This document shows, in pieces, positions 16,093 through 25,288 of a DNA stretch of 64,000 bases. The stretch's first letter is position 1. The number at the start of each line of letters is the position of its first letter. Below the pieces are notes generated by a model. The model had not been told where the DNA came from and searched no databases. It was given only the letters and a program-made list of their open reading frames with translations. This DNA is from Acidiferrobacteraceae bacterium (GTDB lineage: Bacteria > Pseudomonadota > Gammaproteobacteria > Arenicellales > UBA868), in assembly GCA_002726415.1 (NCBI GenBank), contig PBSU01000024.1:26921-90920 (forward strand), read 5' to 3'. A program made the translations under genes and the position numbers.

Positions 16093-18249
16093 CTAGAATG
16101 CACCCTGTACGACACCCATCACGTGAACCTGAGACTCTGCCCGTCGATCATGGCTTGGCCGGTGCCGAAAGGCGGCATAGGCACCCACGGACAACGTGGG
16201 TGTCAGTGGCTGGCGGTAGTCAAATTCAAGCAATGTCTCAGAGCCCGCGGGAACCAGGCTAGCCCGTTCCCGATGGCGTCTGATTTCGCCCTGCGGCCCA
16301 AGGTCGTAAACGATATCCAGCTCGGCTTCACCCGATACGACCCGCAACGGCTGTGAAACGGTAACCCGCACCGCATCGGTTTGAGAAAATAAGGATTTCC
16401 CAGCCAATCCGACCAGCCAGGCATCCGCAGCCAATGCAGAAAAATGACTCAGTAACGCACCGGGGCGTGACGCCACCTGCGTCAGAGCACCGGTGTATGC
16501 TCCCATCGCCGCCCAGTTGCCTGACAAGCGACGATACCCGGATAAACGCATGGCTCTGGTTTGTGAACTGCTGACACTGAGCGCCCCGCCGGCCGATCCG
16601 CCATAAAGGCTCCCCGCTTCCCCAAACAGATCCCCTCTCAGGCTGATCCCCCAGTTCGAGGCACCAAAATGGGTTGCGAACCCCCACAATTGGCTGTTGT
16701 GCCCGGTATCCCCGTCACGGCTTACATCGGCGAAATCAAAGCCCAGCCGCCATTGCGGCTTGACCCGGTACGTAGTGCGGCTATGCAGTCCGTCGTCCCG
16801 AAACTGGCCTATTAGCCCCTGCTGCCAAGCCGTCCCGGCGCCAGCGGCAAAACCTTGCGCCCCGAGCCAGTGCAACACCCCGGCGGTAGCGTCTGGCCGT
16901 ACTCGATAGCCCAGCCCAACTGCCGTGTTCCCCTCGGGCGCCAGCGCCAGCACCAAAGCAGGTTCTGTCGATGCACCCGCTGATCGATACGTTTTTTGGT
17001 AAGAAAGCAATCGATACCCCGCACCCTGCGCCAGAATATCGGTGGGTTGCGCACCAAAGAGCCGATCCAGCGCCCATCGGGCATTTGCCTGCTCGCCGCT
17101 TTGGCTCACACGGCTCGCCACATTGAGAGTGAAATCACGAGCATAGCGGTCCACCACGAGCACCCGGGCGAGCCAGGGCTGATGAGCCAGGGCTGAGAAG
17201 ATGGCGGGGCTCAGCCGGAGGCGGCGGCGGCGGAAATCATCTTCAGGCGGGTCGGTCAACTCCGCATTCTCTTTATCGTTGACCCCTGCCGGCGTCACCA
17301 CCGGTCCCAGTGGCTGAAAAGCACGGACAAAATTAATCCGCCCCCAGCCGTATTTATCATCCACCCCCAAGGCGCCCATATCGGTAGCCGATCGCTTGAT
17401 AATATCGACGACCTGCTCCGCTTTCAGGTTGGGCCAGGTCTGTCGCAATCGCGCGGCAAGCGCACTGGCTCGCGGTGTCGCGAACGAGGTACCCCAATAA
17501 CCGGCGAACTCAGATGCGCCGAGAGCGACCACGTAGTGCTGCGCATAGCCGCCCGCTCGGTTGCTAAAGCCAAGTAAGTCACCGTCTGGCCCCAACCCGC
17601 CCACGATGAGCCCTTTGCCTCCAAGGCCCGGCGCATGCAATGCGTCGCCAACCGGGTTTGCCGAGGAATCATTACCCGCCTGCATCACCACAACCTGATC
17701 CGCTGCCGCGGCCGCCAATATTGCGCTGCCCGGTACGGTCGTTAGCGCAGCATTAGAGTGGTTGATCACCCGGATTGAAGGATTGGCAGCAGCATGCAGC
17801 ATTCCTTGCGTAACCGCACTGCTCGAGACCCACCGACCACCCGTCGAGGTTTGCACCGACATAATTTTGCTGCCCGGCGCTAAGGTCAGAATAACCTGAG
17901 CAACGGCCGTACCGTGCGTGCCCTGGTCCGCAAGATCCACCAACGGGTTGCCCCCGACAAAACTGGCACTGCCCGGCACCAGTGTCGCCCCATTCATAGG
18001 AGCATTGAGCGCCACCCCGGTATCGAGCACTGCCACGCCAAAAAATGACGCGCTGGGTTGAGGTGTATTAATGTCGCCAGAATCGCTTTGTTCTTCAGAG
18101 TCAACTGGGATCATGTTCATGCAACCCTGGCATCCCCCATCGCCCCCCTGCGCCAACGCAGCCGGTAATAGCCCCACCCATAAGGCCAAACCCGCAAGTC
18201 CCCTACGCAGACCCAACCGATTGATCTCCCCCTGCAATCTGAATGTCAT
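16093..18249 (-). CDS. Secreted subtilisin-family (S8) serine protease with probable C-terminal outer-membrane beta-barrel
   Basis: Signal peptide; triad VAVLDTG / HGTAVA / GTSFATP, oxyanion AGND; amphipathic beta-strand C-terminus ending in Phe. Confidence 0.82.
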   Translation of the reverse strand: MTFRLQGEINRLGLRRGLAGLALWVGLLPAALAQGGDGGCQGCMNMIPVDSEEQSDSGDINTPQPSASFFGVAVLDTGVALNAPMNGATLVPGSASFVGGNPLVDLADQGTHGTAVAQVILTLAPGSKIMSVQTSTGGRWVSSSAVTQGMLHAAANPSIRVINHSNAALTTVPGSAILAAAAADQVVVMQAGNDSSANPVGDALHAPGLGGKGLIVGGLGPDGDLLGFSNRAGGYAQHYVVALGASEFAGYWGTSFATPRASALAARLRQTWPNLKAEQVVDIIKRSATDMGALGVDDKYGWGRINFVRAFQPLGPVVTPAGVNDKENAELTDPPEDDFRRRRLRLSPAIFSALAHQPWLARVLVVDRYARDFTLNVASRVSQSGEQANARWALDRLFGAQPTDILAQGAGYRLLSYQKTYRSAGASTEPALVLALAPEGNTAVGLGYRVRPDATAGVLHWLGAQGFAAGAGTAWQQGLIGQFRDDGLHSRTTYRVKPQWRLGFDFADVSRDGDTGHNSQLWGFATHFGASNWGISLRGDLFGEAGSLYGGSAGGALSVSSSQTRAMRLSGYRRLSGNWAAMGAYTGALTQVASRPGALLSHFSALAADAWLVGLAGKSLFSQTDAVRVTVSQPLRVVSGEAELDIVYDLGPQGEIRRHRERASLVPAGSETLLEFDYRQPLTPTLSVGAYAAFRHRPSHDRRAESQVHVMGVVQGAF

Positions 18250-18351
18250 ATTATTCTTGTTGTTAAGGCTGAATCGCGGACCCGATCACAGGACCTGGTC
18301 GCTAGCGCAGAAAATACCAGTAGACCCTATACCGAAATTGCGCCATGGAGA

Positions 18352-20844
18352 CTATCTGCTTCGCAAAATGATCGTTGGGGGTGACTTCAGCACTGCCCGA
18401 ACCCCAGACCAACTCACCACCCACACTATCATAAGGCTGACGCAAATTGAAACACCGAGCACCCGCCAATCCAGAAAGTAATCAAGGTCAAAAATTTCCC
18501 GCGCAAGGAAGGCGCCCGTCATCGATGCCGTAAATGCCGCGATCAAGCCAGCCAGCACCGCAATTACCCCAAATTCGGCATTTAGGGTAGCCCGGAGTCG
18601 TCGCCGATCGCAGCCCAGCACTTTCAACATGGCCGCGTCCCTGACCCGCCTGTCATGCCCTGCTTGCATCACCGCAAAAAGCACCGCTGCGCCAGCCGCA
18701 AGCGTAAAAACAAATACCAGATTTAACCCCAGACTGACCATCGCAATGATGCGTCGTACCTGGTCCAGAACAGCGCCGATATCAATGATATTTACCGTAG
18801 GAAAAGCCCGGCTGAAGTGAGTCAGCACAACTTCCTCGGGTGCATCAAGAAAGGCGGCACTCAAAAAAGAGTGCGGGGCATTGTCAAACACCTGTGGTGG
18901 AAAGAGGATAAAAAAATTGGGCTCAAGAGACTCCCAGCGTACTTCGCGGATATTGGTGACCACAGCCTCCAGCGTTTCAGCCCCCACACGAAAACCGAGC
19001 TCATCACCTACGGTGACACCGAGCGGTTCCGCCCAACTTTTGGCTAGAGACACTCCAGGCTTGGTCTGGTTCGATTCCCACCATTGCCCCTGAACCAGCG
19101 TGTTCCCCGCCGGCAGGTCCTTTGCCCAGGAAAAGTTGGTGTTCCCTTCAATCCGCGAAGCCGCCCGGGGGTCGGGATAGTGCTCTGGATCGGGAACGTC
19201 TCCTTTTATTGCGGTCAACCTTCCAGTCGCCATTGGGGTGAATTTCAGTTTCACACCTAATCGACTTTCAAAGAATTCCCCGACGGCCACCTTCTCATGC
19301 GCCTGGACGTTGGCGAAAAAGAAGTTCGGCGCACCCGGCCCGATCCGCCCCTGCCATGACTCAAAAAGCTGGCCACGAACCAGAGTGAGCAGAACCAGCA
19401 CCGTCAAGCCAAGACCAATAGCCGCAATCTGGAAGGTGCTCGATAGCGGGTCGCGATAAAGCCGGCCCAATCCGAAGCGCCAGGACACGCCAACCCCTCG
19501 GGCTGCCCGGCGCAGCAGCGCCAACACCAATCTGCTAATCACCATCATGACCACAAGGGTTGCAACGATCCCAAGCAATACAACGACCACTAACCCGTAC
19601 TCCCCGGCCTGCTGTCGGGCCAACATCACCAGTACCACGATGGGAATGACATACCACAAACGATCCAAGAACCCATGGCTGGGCTCCTCGACACGACGCA
19701 GCACGCCAAGCGGTGCGAAGCGATTCAGCCTCATCAACGCCGGTATGGAAAAGCCCAACAACAGCACGATGCCCAGAGACAGTCCCAGTAACCCTGAGGT
19801 CATACGCGCCGGGCCCAGTTCGATCCCCAACGTGTCGCCAAGAATCGATGCCATCAGCACTTGGACCAGATAGCCGATTAACAGACCGACCAGGCCCCAG
19901 GTGATGCCAACCAGTAGCAGTACCTGAGCATGGATCAACATGACATGGTGACGGGTAGCCCCAAAGCATCGCATCAGGGCTGCCTGTGTGCGGCGCCGGT
20001 CAACATATCGTCGCGCCGCTACAGCGATCGCGATACCCGCAATCAGGAGGGTGCCAATGGAGGTCAGGCCGATGTAGTTTCGCGCTTTGTCCAGCGTTGT
20101 GCCGACCTGGCTTTGCGCGCGGGCAATGTCCACCACGCGGAACTGTGACCCCGTCTGTGAGGCAGCATGAGCGCGAAATGCTTCGACCTGTTCGATTGGC
20201 CCAGCCGCGAGCAGGGCGTACCTGGCGCGGCTGCCCGGGCCCAGCAGACCCGATCGCTCAAGGTCCGAAATTGTCGTCATAACCCGGGGTGAGAAGCTGA
20301 AAAACTGCTGGCCGCGATCAGGCTCATAAATCAGTAGCGACTCCAGGTTCGAAGAAACTGAGCCCAAAGCTAAGGTATCACCCAGTTCCAGTTCCAAACC
20401 GGTAAGCACCCGACTCTCCACCCAGAGTTGTCCAGGCTCGGGGCCGCCTTTGCTAGTCGTGTCGTGCTGATCTGAACGCCCACGCGATCGAAGTTGACCG
20501 CGAAGCGGATAGGCCGCACTAACACCCTTGACGGAGGCCAACAACGTCTGCCCTTGATGGAAAAATACGGTTGGAAACGTGACCGTATAGGCGGTCTTAA
20601 GGCCCAGGGCCGCAGCCCGGTGCTCCCACATGACTGGGATCGGCTCACGCCCGACCAGCTTGATATCAGAGGCAATCACTTCCCCGGCGCTTCGCCCCAA
20701 TCCGATTGATATTCGCTCTGCAAAGCCCCCTACTGCTGTCACCGCGGCGACTGCCGTGACCAGCGCCATCGCTACGGCCAGCAACTCGCCAGCGCGCCAC
20801 TCCCGCAGGAACTGGCGAACGGCTTGGCGACCATACTGTTTCAT
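18352..20844 (-). CDS. ybbP: YbbP-like FtsX/MacB-family ABC permease
   Basis: REWRAGEL N-terminus, YPLRGQL, APNFFFANVQ, REVRWESLEPNFF; two FtsX halves; follows ybbA. Confidence 0.85.
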   Translation of the reverse strand: MKQYGRQAVRQFLREWRAGELLAVAMALVTAVAAVTAVGGFAERISIGLGRSAGEVIASDIKLVGREPIPVMWEHRAAALGLKTAYTVTFPTVFFHQGQTLLASVKGVSAAYPLRGQLRSRGRSDQHDTTSKGGPEPGQLWVESRVLTGLELELGDTLALGSVSSNLESLLIYEPDRGQQFFSFSPRVMTTISDLERSGLLGPGSRARYALLAAGPIEQVEAFRAHAASQTGSQFRVVDIARAQSQVGTTLDKARNYIGLTSIGTLLIAGIAIAVAARRYVDRRRTQAALMRCFGATRHHVMLIHAQVLLLVGITWGLVGLLIGYLVQVLMASILGDTLGIELGPARMTSGLLGLSLGIVLLLGFSIPALMRLNRFAPLGVLRRVEEPSHGFLDRLWYVIPIVVLVMLARQQAGEYGLVVVVLLGIVATLVVMMVISRLVLALLRRAARGVGVSWRFGLGRLYRDPLSSTFQIAAIGLGLTVLVLLTLVRGQLFESWQGRIGPGAPNFFFANVQAHEKVAVGEFFESRLGVKLKFTPMATGRLTAIKGDVPDPEHYPDPRAASRIEGNTNFSWAKDLPAGNTLVQGQWWESNQTKPGVSLAKSWAEPLGVTVGDELGFRVGAETLEAVVTNIREVRWESLEPNFFILFPPQVFDNAPHSFLSAAFLDAPEEVVLTHFSRAFPTVNIIDIGAVLDQVRRIIAMVSLGLNLVFVFTLAAGAAVLFAVMQAGHDRRVRDAAMLKVLGCDRRRLRATLNAEFGVIAVLAGLIAAFTASMTGAFLAREIFDLDYFLDWRVLGVSICVSLMIVWVVSWSGVRAVLKSPPTIILRSR

Positions 20845-21521
20845 CCGTTACCCGCAACCACGCGACCGCTCCTCAGTTTCAACTGCTTCTGGCATCGCGC
20901 GGCTAACGCGGTATCATGGGTCACCAGAACCAGCGTAGCCTGTCGATCCGAACATAGTGAAAAAAGCAACTCTGCGACCTGATCCGACACGGCATCATCG
21001 AGATTCCCCGTGGGTTCATCTGCGAATAGAATCTTGGGTTCGATGGCAAATGCCCGGGAAATGGCAACACGTTGTTGCTCACCACCAGACAGTTGCCTGG
21101 GATAATGATCAAAACGTCCTTCCAACCCAACCCGTTCAAGCCACCGGGCGCCTTGCCCACGCGGGTCGGCATGACCGGCCAGTTCCAGGGGCAGCATGAC
21201 GTTTTCTAACGCCGTCAGGGTCTCAATAAGGTAGAAGGATTGGAAAACGAAGCCGACCTGGCCTGCCCGCATTTGCGCGCGGCCGTCCTCATCCAGCGAG
21301 CCCAGATTGATGTCTTGGAATTCCACCTTACCGGCACTAGGCAGATCCAGTCCAGCCAGCAGGCCCACCAAAGTAGACTTGCCAGACCCTGAAGGACCCA
21401 TGATCGCCAGAGACTCACCCGCCGAGATATCGAGAGAAACATCCTGCAATATGGTCATGCGGCCCGATGGTCCTACCACCTCGCGCGACAAACCCATTGC
21501 CCGCAAAATGAACTCGCTCAT
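20841..21521 (-). CDS. ybbA: YbbA-like ABC ATP-binding protein
   Basis: [32 protein letters not shown]; likely start ATG 21521. Confidence 0.88.
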   Translation of the reverse strand: MSEFILRAMGLSREVVGPSGRMTILQDVSLDISAGESLAIMGPSGSGKSTLVGLLAGLDLPSAGKVEFQDINLGSLDEDGRAQMRAGQVGFVFQSFYLIETLTALENVMLPLELAGHADPRGQGARWLERVGLEGRFDHYPRQLSGGEQQRVAISRAFAIEPKILFADEPTGNLDDAVSDQVAELLFSLCSDRQATLVLVTHDTALAARCQKQLKLRSGRVVAGNG

Positions 21522-22116
21522 TATTGTTCTACTCCTTGGTCTTGCCTCTATCACAGGGCCCGTCGTTTTGGCATCGCCCGGGGCTATTCTGGTCGTCGGG
21601 GATAGCCTCAGTGCCGCCTACCAGATGCCGCAAAAGGCTGGCTGGGTCAATCTGCTACAAGAAAAACTGGGGTCGAGGCGCATCATAATCAATGCTTCCA
21701 TCTCGGGTGAAACCACCGCAGGGGCCCGGCATAGCCTGTCAGGCTTGCTGACCCGCCACCAGCCGGGCATCGTTGTGCTTGCGATTGGCGCCAATGATGG
21801 CCTTCGGGGTCACACGCCAGGTGCTATCGAAAACAATCTGCGGGCAATGGTCAGGGCTGCTCAGAAGAGCGGGGCGAGTGTTTTGCTCGTCGGTATGGGG
21901 ATCCCTGCTAATTACGGGCCCGCATATCGAAAAGCGTTTCAGGGGATCTATTCTGATTTGGCCGCGACACTTTCCGTTACCCTGCTCCCCTCACTTTTTG
22001 ATGACATCTTCCTGCGCCCCGGATTATTACAAGCCGACGGGATTCACCCGAACCAAAAAGCACAGCGACTGATCTGCGATACCATCTTGCAGGCACTGCA
22101 GCCTCTGCTCCAATGA
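21508..22116 (+). CDS. tesA: Acyl-CoA thioesterase I / arylesterase (GDSL/SGNH)
   Basis: Signal peptide from ATG 21508; GDSLS, NASISGETT, GANDGLRG, DGIHPN; divergent from ybbA as in E. coli. Confidence 0.9.
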   Translation: MNSLIIVLLLGLASITGPVVLASPGAILVVGDSLSAAYQMPQKAGWVNLLQEKLGSRRIIINASISGETTAGARHSLSGLLTRHQPGIVVLAIGANDGLRGHTPGAIENNLRAMVRAAQKSGASVLLVGMGIPANYGPAYRKAFQGIYSDLAATLSVTLLPSLFDDIFLRPGLLQADGIHPNQKAQRLICDTILQALQPLLQ

Positions 22117-22122
22117 GCCCCA

Positions 22123-22150
22123 CCTGTTGCTCCCCTTAGGATGGGGAACA
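22123..22150. terminator. Possible hairpin between convergent tesA and the mttB-like gene
   Basis: CTGTT(GCT)CCCC-TTAGGAT-GGGGAACAG imperfect stem; no clear U tract. Confidence 0.3.
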
Positions 22151-22173
22151 GATTCCACCCGCGCTTGCCTCAG

Positions 22174-23757
22174 TCAGGGTTCTTCGACACCAATCTCGCG
22201 CTTGCGCCGGGCCACAAAGTCGTCCAGCGCCTCGCGCCGCGACACCTCCAAAGCCGGCGGCTCAAACTCCGATAGAATTGCCTGCCACAAGTCGGTCGCA
22301 CGTTCGGTGGCCTCTTTGCCCCCCGCCGCCTGCCAGTTCTCATGGTTCTGCCAATTGCTCAGGAACGGTTCATAAAAGGCGTTCTCATAACGCGCCATAG
22401 TATGTTCGGCGCCAAAAAAGTGGCCGCCCGGCTCGATGGATTTTATTGCATCGATGCCCAACGCATCTGCCGAAGTATCGATCGGCCCGAGCATGTGCAC
22501 CAGATGCTGGATGATCTCAATATCCAGTATGAATTTCTCAAATGAGGCAACCAACCCCCCTTCTAGCCATCCTGCCGCATGGTAAATCACGTTGCCGTGC
22601 CCCATGACACCGCCCCATAGCGCCATCTGAGTCTCATACACCCCCTGTGCATCTGCGGCATTTGAGGCATTGCAGGCGCTGGTGCGGTACGGCAGACCAT
22701 AGCGACGCGCCAGTTGCCCCCCCGCTAGATTCGCCTTGGCGTTTTCAGGCGTTCCGAACGTGGGTGCCCCGGAACGCATATCCACGTTTGAAGTAAAGCC
22801 GCCGTACACAACAGGAGCGCCAGGGTGAAAAAGCTGAACCATCGCAAGACCCATCAGGGCTTCCGCGTTTTGCTGTACCAGACCCGCTGCCATGGTGACC
22901 GGCGTCATGGCGCCCAGCAGCGTAAACGGCGTCACAATCACGGCCTGGCCCAGACCCGCAAGGGCCAGCGCGCCGTCTGACATGGCTTCATCCAGTTTGC
23001 GCGGCGAGTTGACGTTGATATTGCCGATCAGACCTGGACTCAGCCGCAACTCATCGAGGCTGATTCCGCGGGCCAGAGCCAGCATTTCGGCCGCGTCATT
23101 CACCCTGCCACGCCCTATCGGAATAGCCGAGAACACCTTGTCCGTGAGCGTCAGATTCGCTCGATAGCTGTCAAGGTGTCGGGTCTGGGCAGGTAGATCA
23201 GTGGTGGCGACGGTCTGGTTGCCAAACACACTGATCACGTCGAAGTACTGACCCAGACTGATGAGGCGTTGGTAGTCTGCAAAGTTGCCGGGTCGGCGCC
23301 CATTGACCCGATCGTGCACGTTAGGCGGCCCTGAGACCATCCCAAAGTGGATCCGGTTATTGCCCAGAGTAATGGCGTGACCCACATTACGCGGTGTCAG
23401 GGTAAATTGAGTGGGCGCACGTGCGATCAATTCGAGAATCATGTCCGGATCCACACAGACAATGCCCCGTCCAGCATCCACTTTGGCACCTTCCCGAGCA
23501 AAAGCCTGGCGCACAGCCTTGCTCATGACCTCGATGCCCAGGTCGCGAATCACCTCAAGTGAGGCCTGATGAATCGCTTCGACCTGATCTTGCGATAATG
23601 GCTCGATGGGGGGATAACGATTGACCAGTGGCCCGAACACGGGTTGGGAGACACGGGTGGTAGCACGGCGCTCCGCCTTGCGCTGGGCACGAGCTTTTTT
23701 TCGCCCTGCCCGGCTTGGTGCTTTGTCCTGTGACCCCTCTGACATAGTCCCGCTCAC
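22174..23757 (-). CDS. Trimethylamine methyltransferase (MttB) superfamily, non-pyrrolysine (MtgB-like) member
   Basis: IHQASLEV, NVNSPR, TPFTLLGAMTPVT, GGFTSNVDMRSGAP, HAAGWLEGGL, PGGHFFG; no in-frame amber codon. Confidence 0.9.
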   Translation of the reverse strand: MSGTMSEGSQDKAPSRAGRKKARAQRKAERRATTRVSQPVFGPLVNRYPPIEPLSQDQVEAIHQASLEVIRDLGIEVMSKAVRQAFAREGAKVDAGRGIVCVDPDMILELIARAPTQFTLTPRNVGHAITLGNNRIHFGMVSGPPNVHDRVNGRRPGNFADYQRLISLGQYFDVISVFGNQTVATTDLPAQTRHLDSYRANLTLTDKVFSAIPIGRGRVNDAAEMLALARGISLDELRLSPGLIGNINVNSPRKLDEAMSDGALALAGLGQAVIVTPFTLLGAMTPVTMAAGLVQQNAEALMGLAMVQLFHPGAPVVYGGFTSNVDMRSGAPTFGTPENAKANLAGGQLARRYGLPYRTSACNASNAADAQGVYETQMALWGGVMGHGNVIYHAAGWLEGGLVASFEKFILDIEIIQHLVHMLGPIDTSADALGIDAIKSIEPGGHFFGAEHTMARYENAFYEPFLSNWQNHENWQAAGGKEATERATDLWQAILSEFEPPALEVSRREALDDFVARRKREIGVEEP

Positions 23758-23880
23758 CCGTCCTTGTCGCGCTCAAGGCTTAGAGCATGAACAACTCTGG
23801 GATCGATTGCCAGTATCGATGCGTCGATGGGACATTTAGACGCGACCGATTCCTTGGCAACAGAATCTCTACGGCCAGGG

Positions 23881-25227
23881 TTAACCCAGAACGGCTTTGG
23901 TTGCTTCGGCCATAATTTGTGGAATCTGATCCAGAGTGGTTTCGTCAGTCACGATGGGAGGTGCAATGCAATAAGCATCACCGCGCACCCGCGAAAACAT
24001 GCCCCGCTTCACGGTTTCTGCGTGAATGCGAGAACCGATTGCCTCACTGGCATCAAACGGAGTCTTAGCCGCCTTGTCTTGCACATATTCCACTGCGCAC
24101 ATCAGCCCGAGGCCGCGAACCTCACCCACGTGGGGGTGATCGGCCAACGCCTCTTTAAGTTTAACGAGTAAGCGCCGGCCTTTATCCCGGGCCTGATCGA
24201 CGAATTGCTCGCGCTCTATCAGGTCGAGCATAGCGAGCGCCACCGCACAACCCACTGGATGAGAACTGTAGGTATAAGCGTGCATCCACGGGGAGCCGCT
24301 ATCATTCATCACAGCTGCTATTTCGTCACTGATTCCGATTCCGCCCAAGGGGAAATAACCGGAAGTGATAGCCTTGGCAAACTGGATTAGATCCGGCTGA
24401 ACACCCCAGTGCTCCAGACCAAACATCCGCCCGGTACGACCGAAGCCGGTGATCACCTCGTCCGAGACTAAGAGCACATCATACTTATCGCAGATCTGGC
24501 GGATTCGTGGAAAATAATCATCCTGGGGTACGATCACTCCACCGGCACCCTGTACGGGTTCGGCGATGAACATGGCCACGGTATCGGGCCCTTCTTCCAG
24601 GATTTTTTTCTCCAGTTCATCCGCGGCAGCGATGCCCTGGCTCGAAGCCCCTTCTGGCGCCTCATACAGATAAGGATAAGGGCTTGGTATGTGGGAAAAC
24701 CCCGGGATGCGGGGCTCAAACATGCCCCAATAGGGCGCGATCCCGGTGGCGCACATGGCAGCGAAGGTCACACCATGATAGCCCCAGATCCTGGAAATCA
24801 CCTTGGTTTTCTCTGGCTTACCCATGAGTTTCCAGTAGTAGCGAGCCATCTTGATATTACTGTCCGTCGATTCTCCTCCACCGGAAGTCAGGTAAAAATG
24901 ATTAATGCCGGGATAGGTCAGCCCAGCCAGACGCTCGGCCAGCTCGATGGCACGGGGGTTGGTGCTGCCTACATAGCCAGAGGCAAACGCCATCTCTTTC
25001 ATCTGGCGCGCCGCGGCGTCAGCAAGTTCGCTGCGGCCATTACCGGCGGTGTTATTCCAAAGGCCTGACAAGCCATCGATAAATCGATTGCCTTCCACGT
25101 CTACAAGATACGCGCCCTCTCCTCCGGCCCAGACTTGCGCTGTTGCATGCGCGCTGGGGCTATGGAGTGGATGTACCAGGTGAGCCGCATCTCGATTGAC
25201 CAGAATCTGTTGCTGTGCTGTCATCAT
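23881..25227 (-). CDS. Class III omega-aminotransferase (probable beta-alanine/beta-aminoisobutyrate transaminase)
   Basis: DGLSGLWN, AEPVQGAGG, DEVITGFGRTG, AKAITSGYFPLG; last gene of the pyrimidine operon. Confidence 0.82.
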   Translation of the reverse strand: MMTAQQQILVNRDAAHLVHPLHSPSAHATAQVWAGGEGAYLVDVEGNRFIDGLSGLWNNTAGNGRSELADAAARQMKEMAFASGYVGSTNPRAIELAERLAGLTYPGINHFYLTSGGGESTDSNIKMARYYWKLMGKPEKTKVISRIWGYHGVTFAAMCATGIAPYWGMFEPRIPGFSHIPSPYPYLYEAPEGASSQGIAAADELEKKILEEGPDTVAMFIAEPVQGAGGVIVPQDDYFPRIRQICDKYDVLLVSDEVITGFGRTGRMFGLEHWGVQPDLIQFAKAITSGYFPLGGIGISDEIAAVMNDSGSPWMHAYTYSSHPVGCAVALAMLDLIEREQFVDQARDKGRRLLVKLKEALADHPHVGEVRGLGLMCAVEYVQDKAAKTPFDASEAIGSRIHAETVKRGMFSRVRGDAYCIAPPIVTDETTLDQIPQIMAEATKAVLG

Positions 25228-25288
25228 CGCTCCTCAGGTAAAGATCGCAACCCGTTCCGATCGCCGGGATCGGGGTAGATTCATGAAT

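Noticed and set aside
16010-18351. Further tRNA-Glu remnants marking additional cassettes (GGGTCGCCT near 16052, GCGCCA near 18340)
   Set aside because: Matches are only about 6 nt or poorly aligned and cannot be distinguished from chance by eye.
21307-21554. Long head-to-head overlap of tesA and ybbA in the ORF track
   Set aside because: Mostly due to upstream start calls; likely starts (21508, 21521) overlap by 14 nt, and a short divergent overlap is already known for E. coli tesA/ybbA.
22174-23757. Pyrrolysine recoding in the MttB homologue
   Set aside because: No in-frame TAG and no pyl genes in the window.
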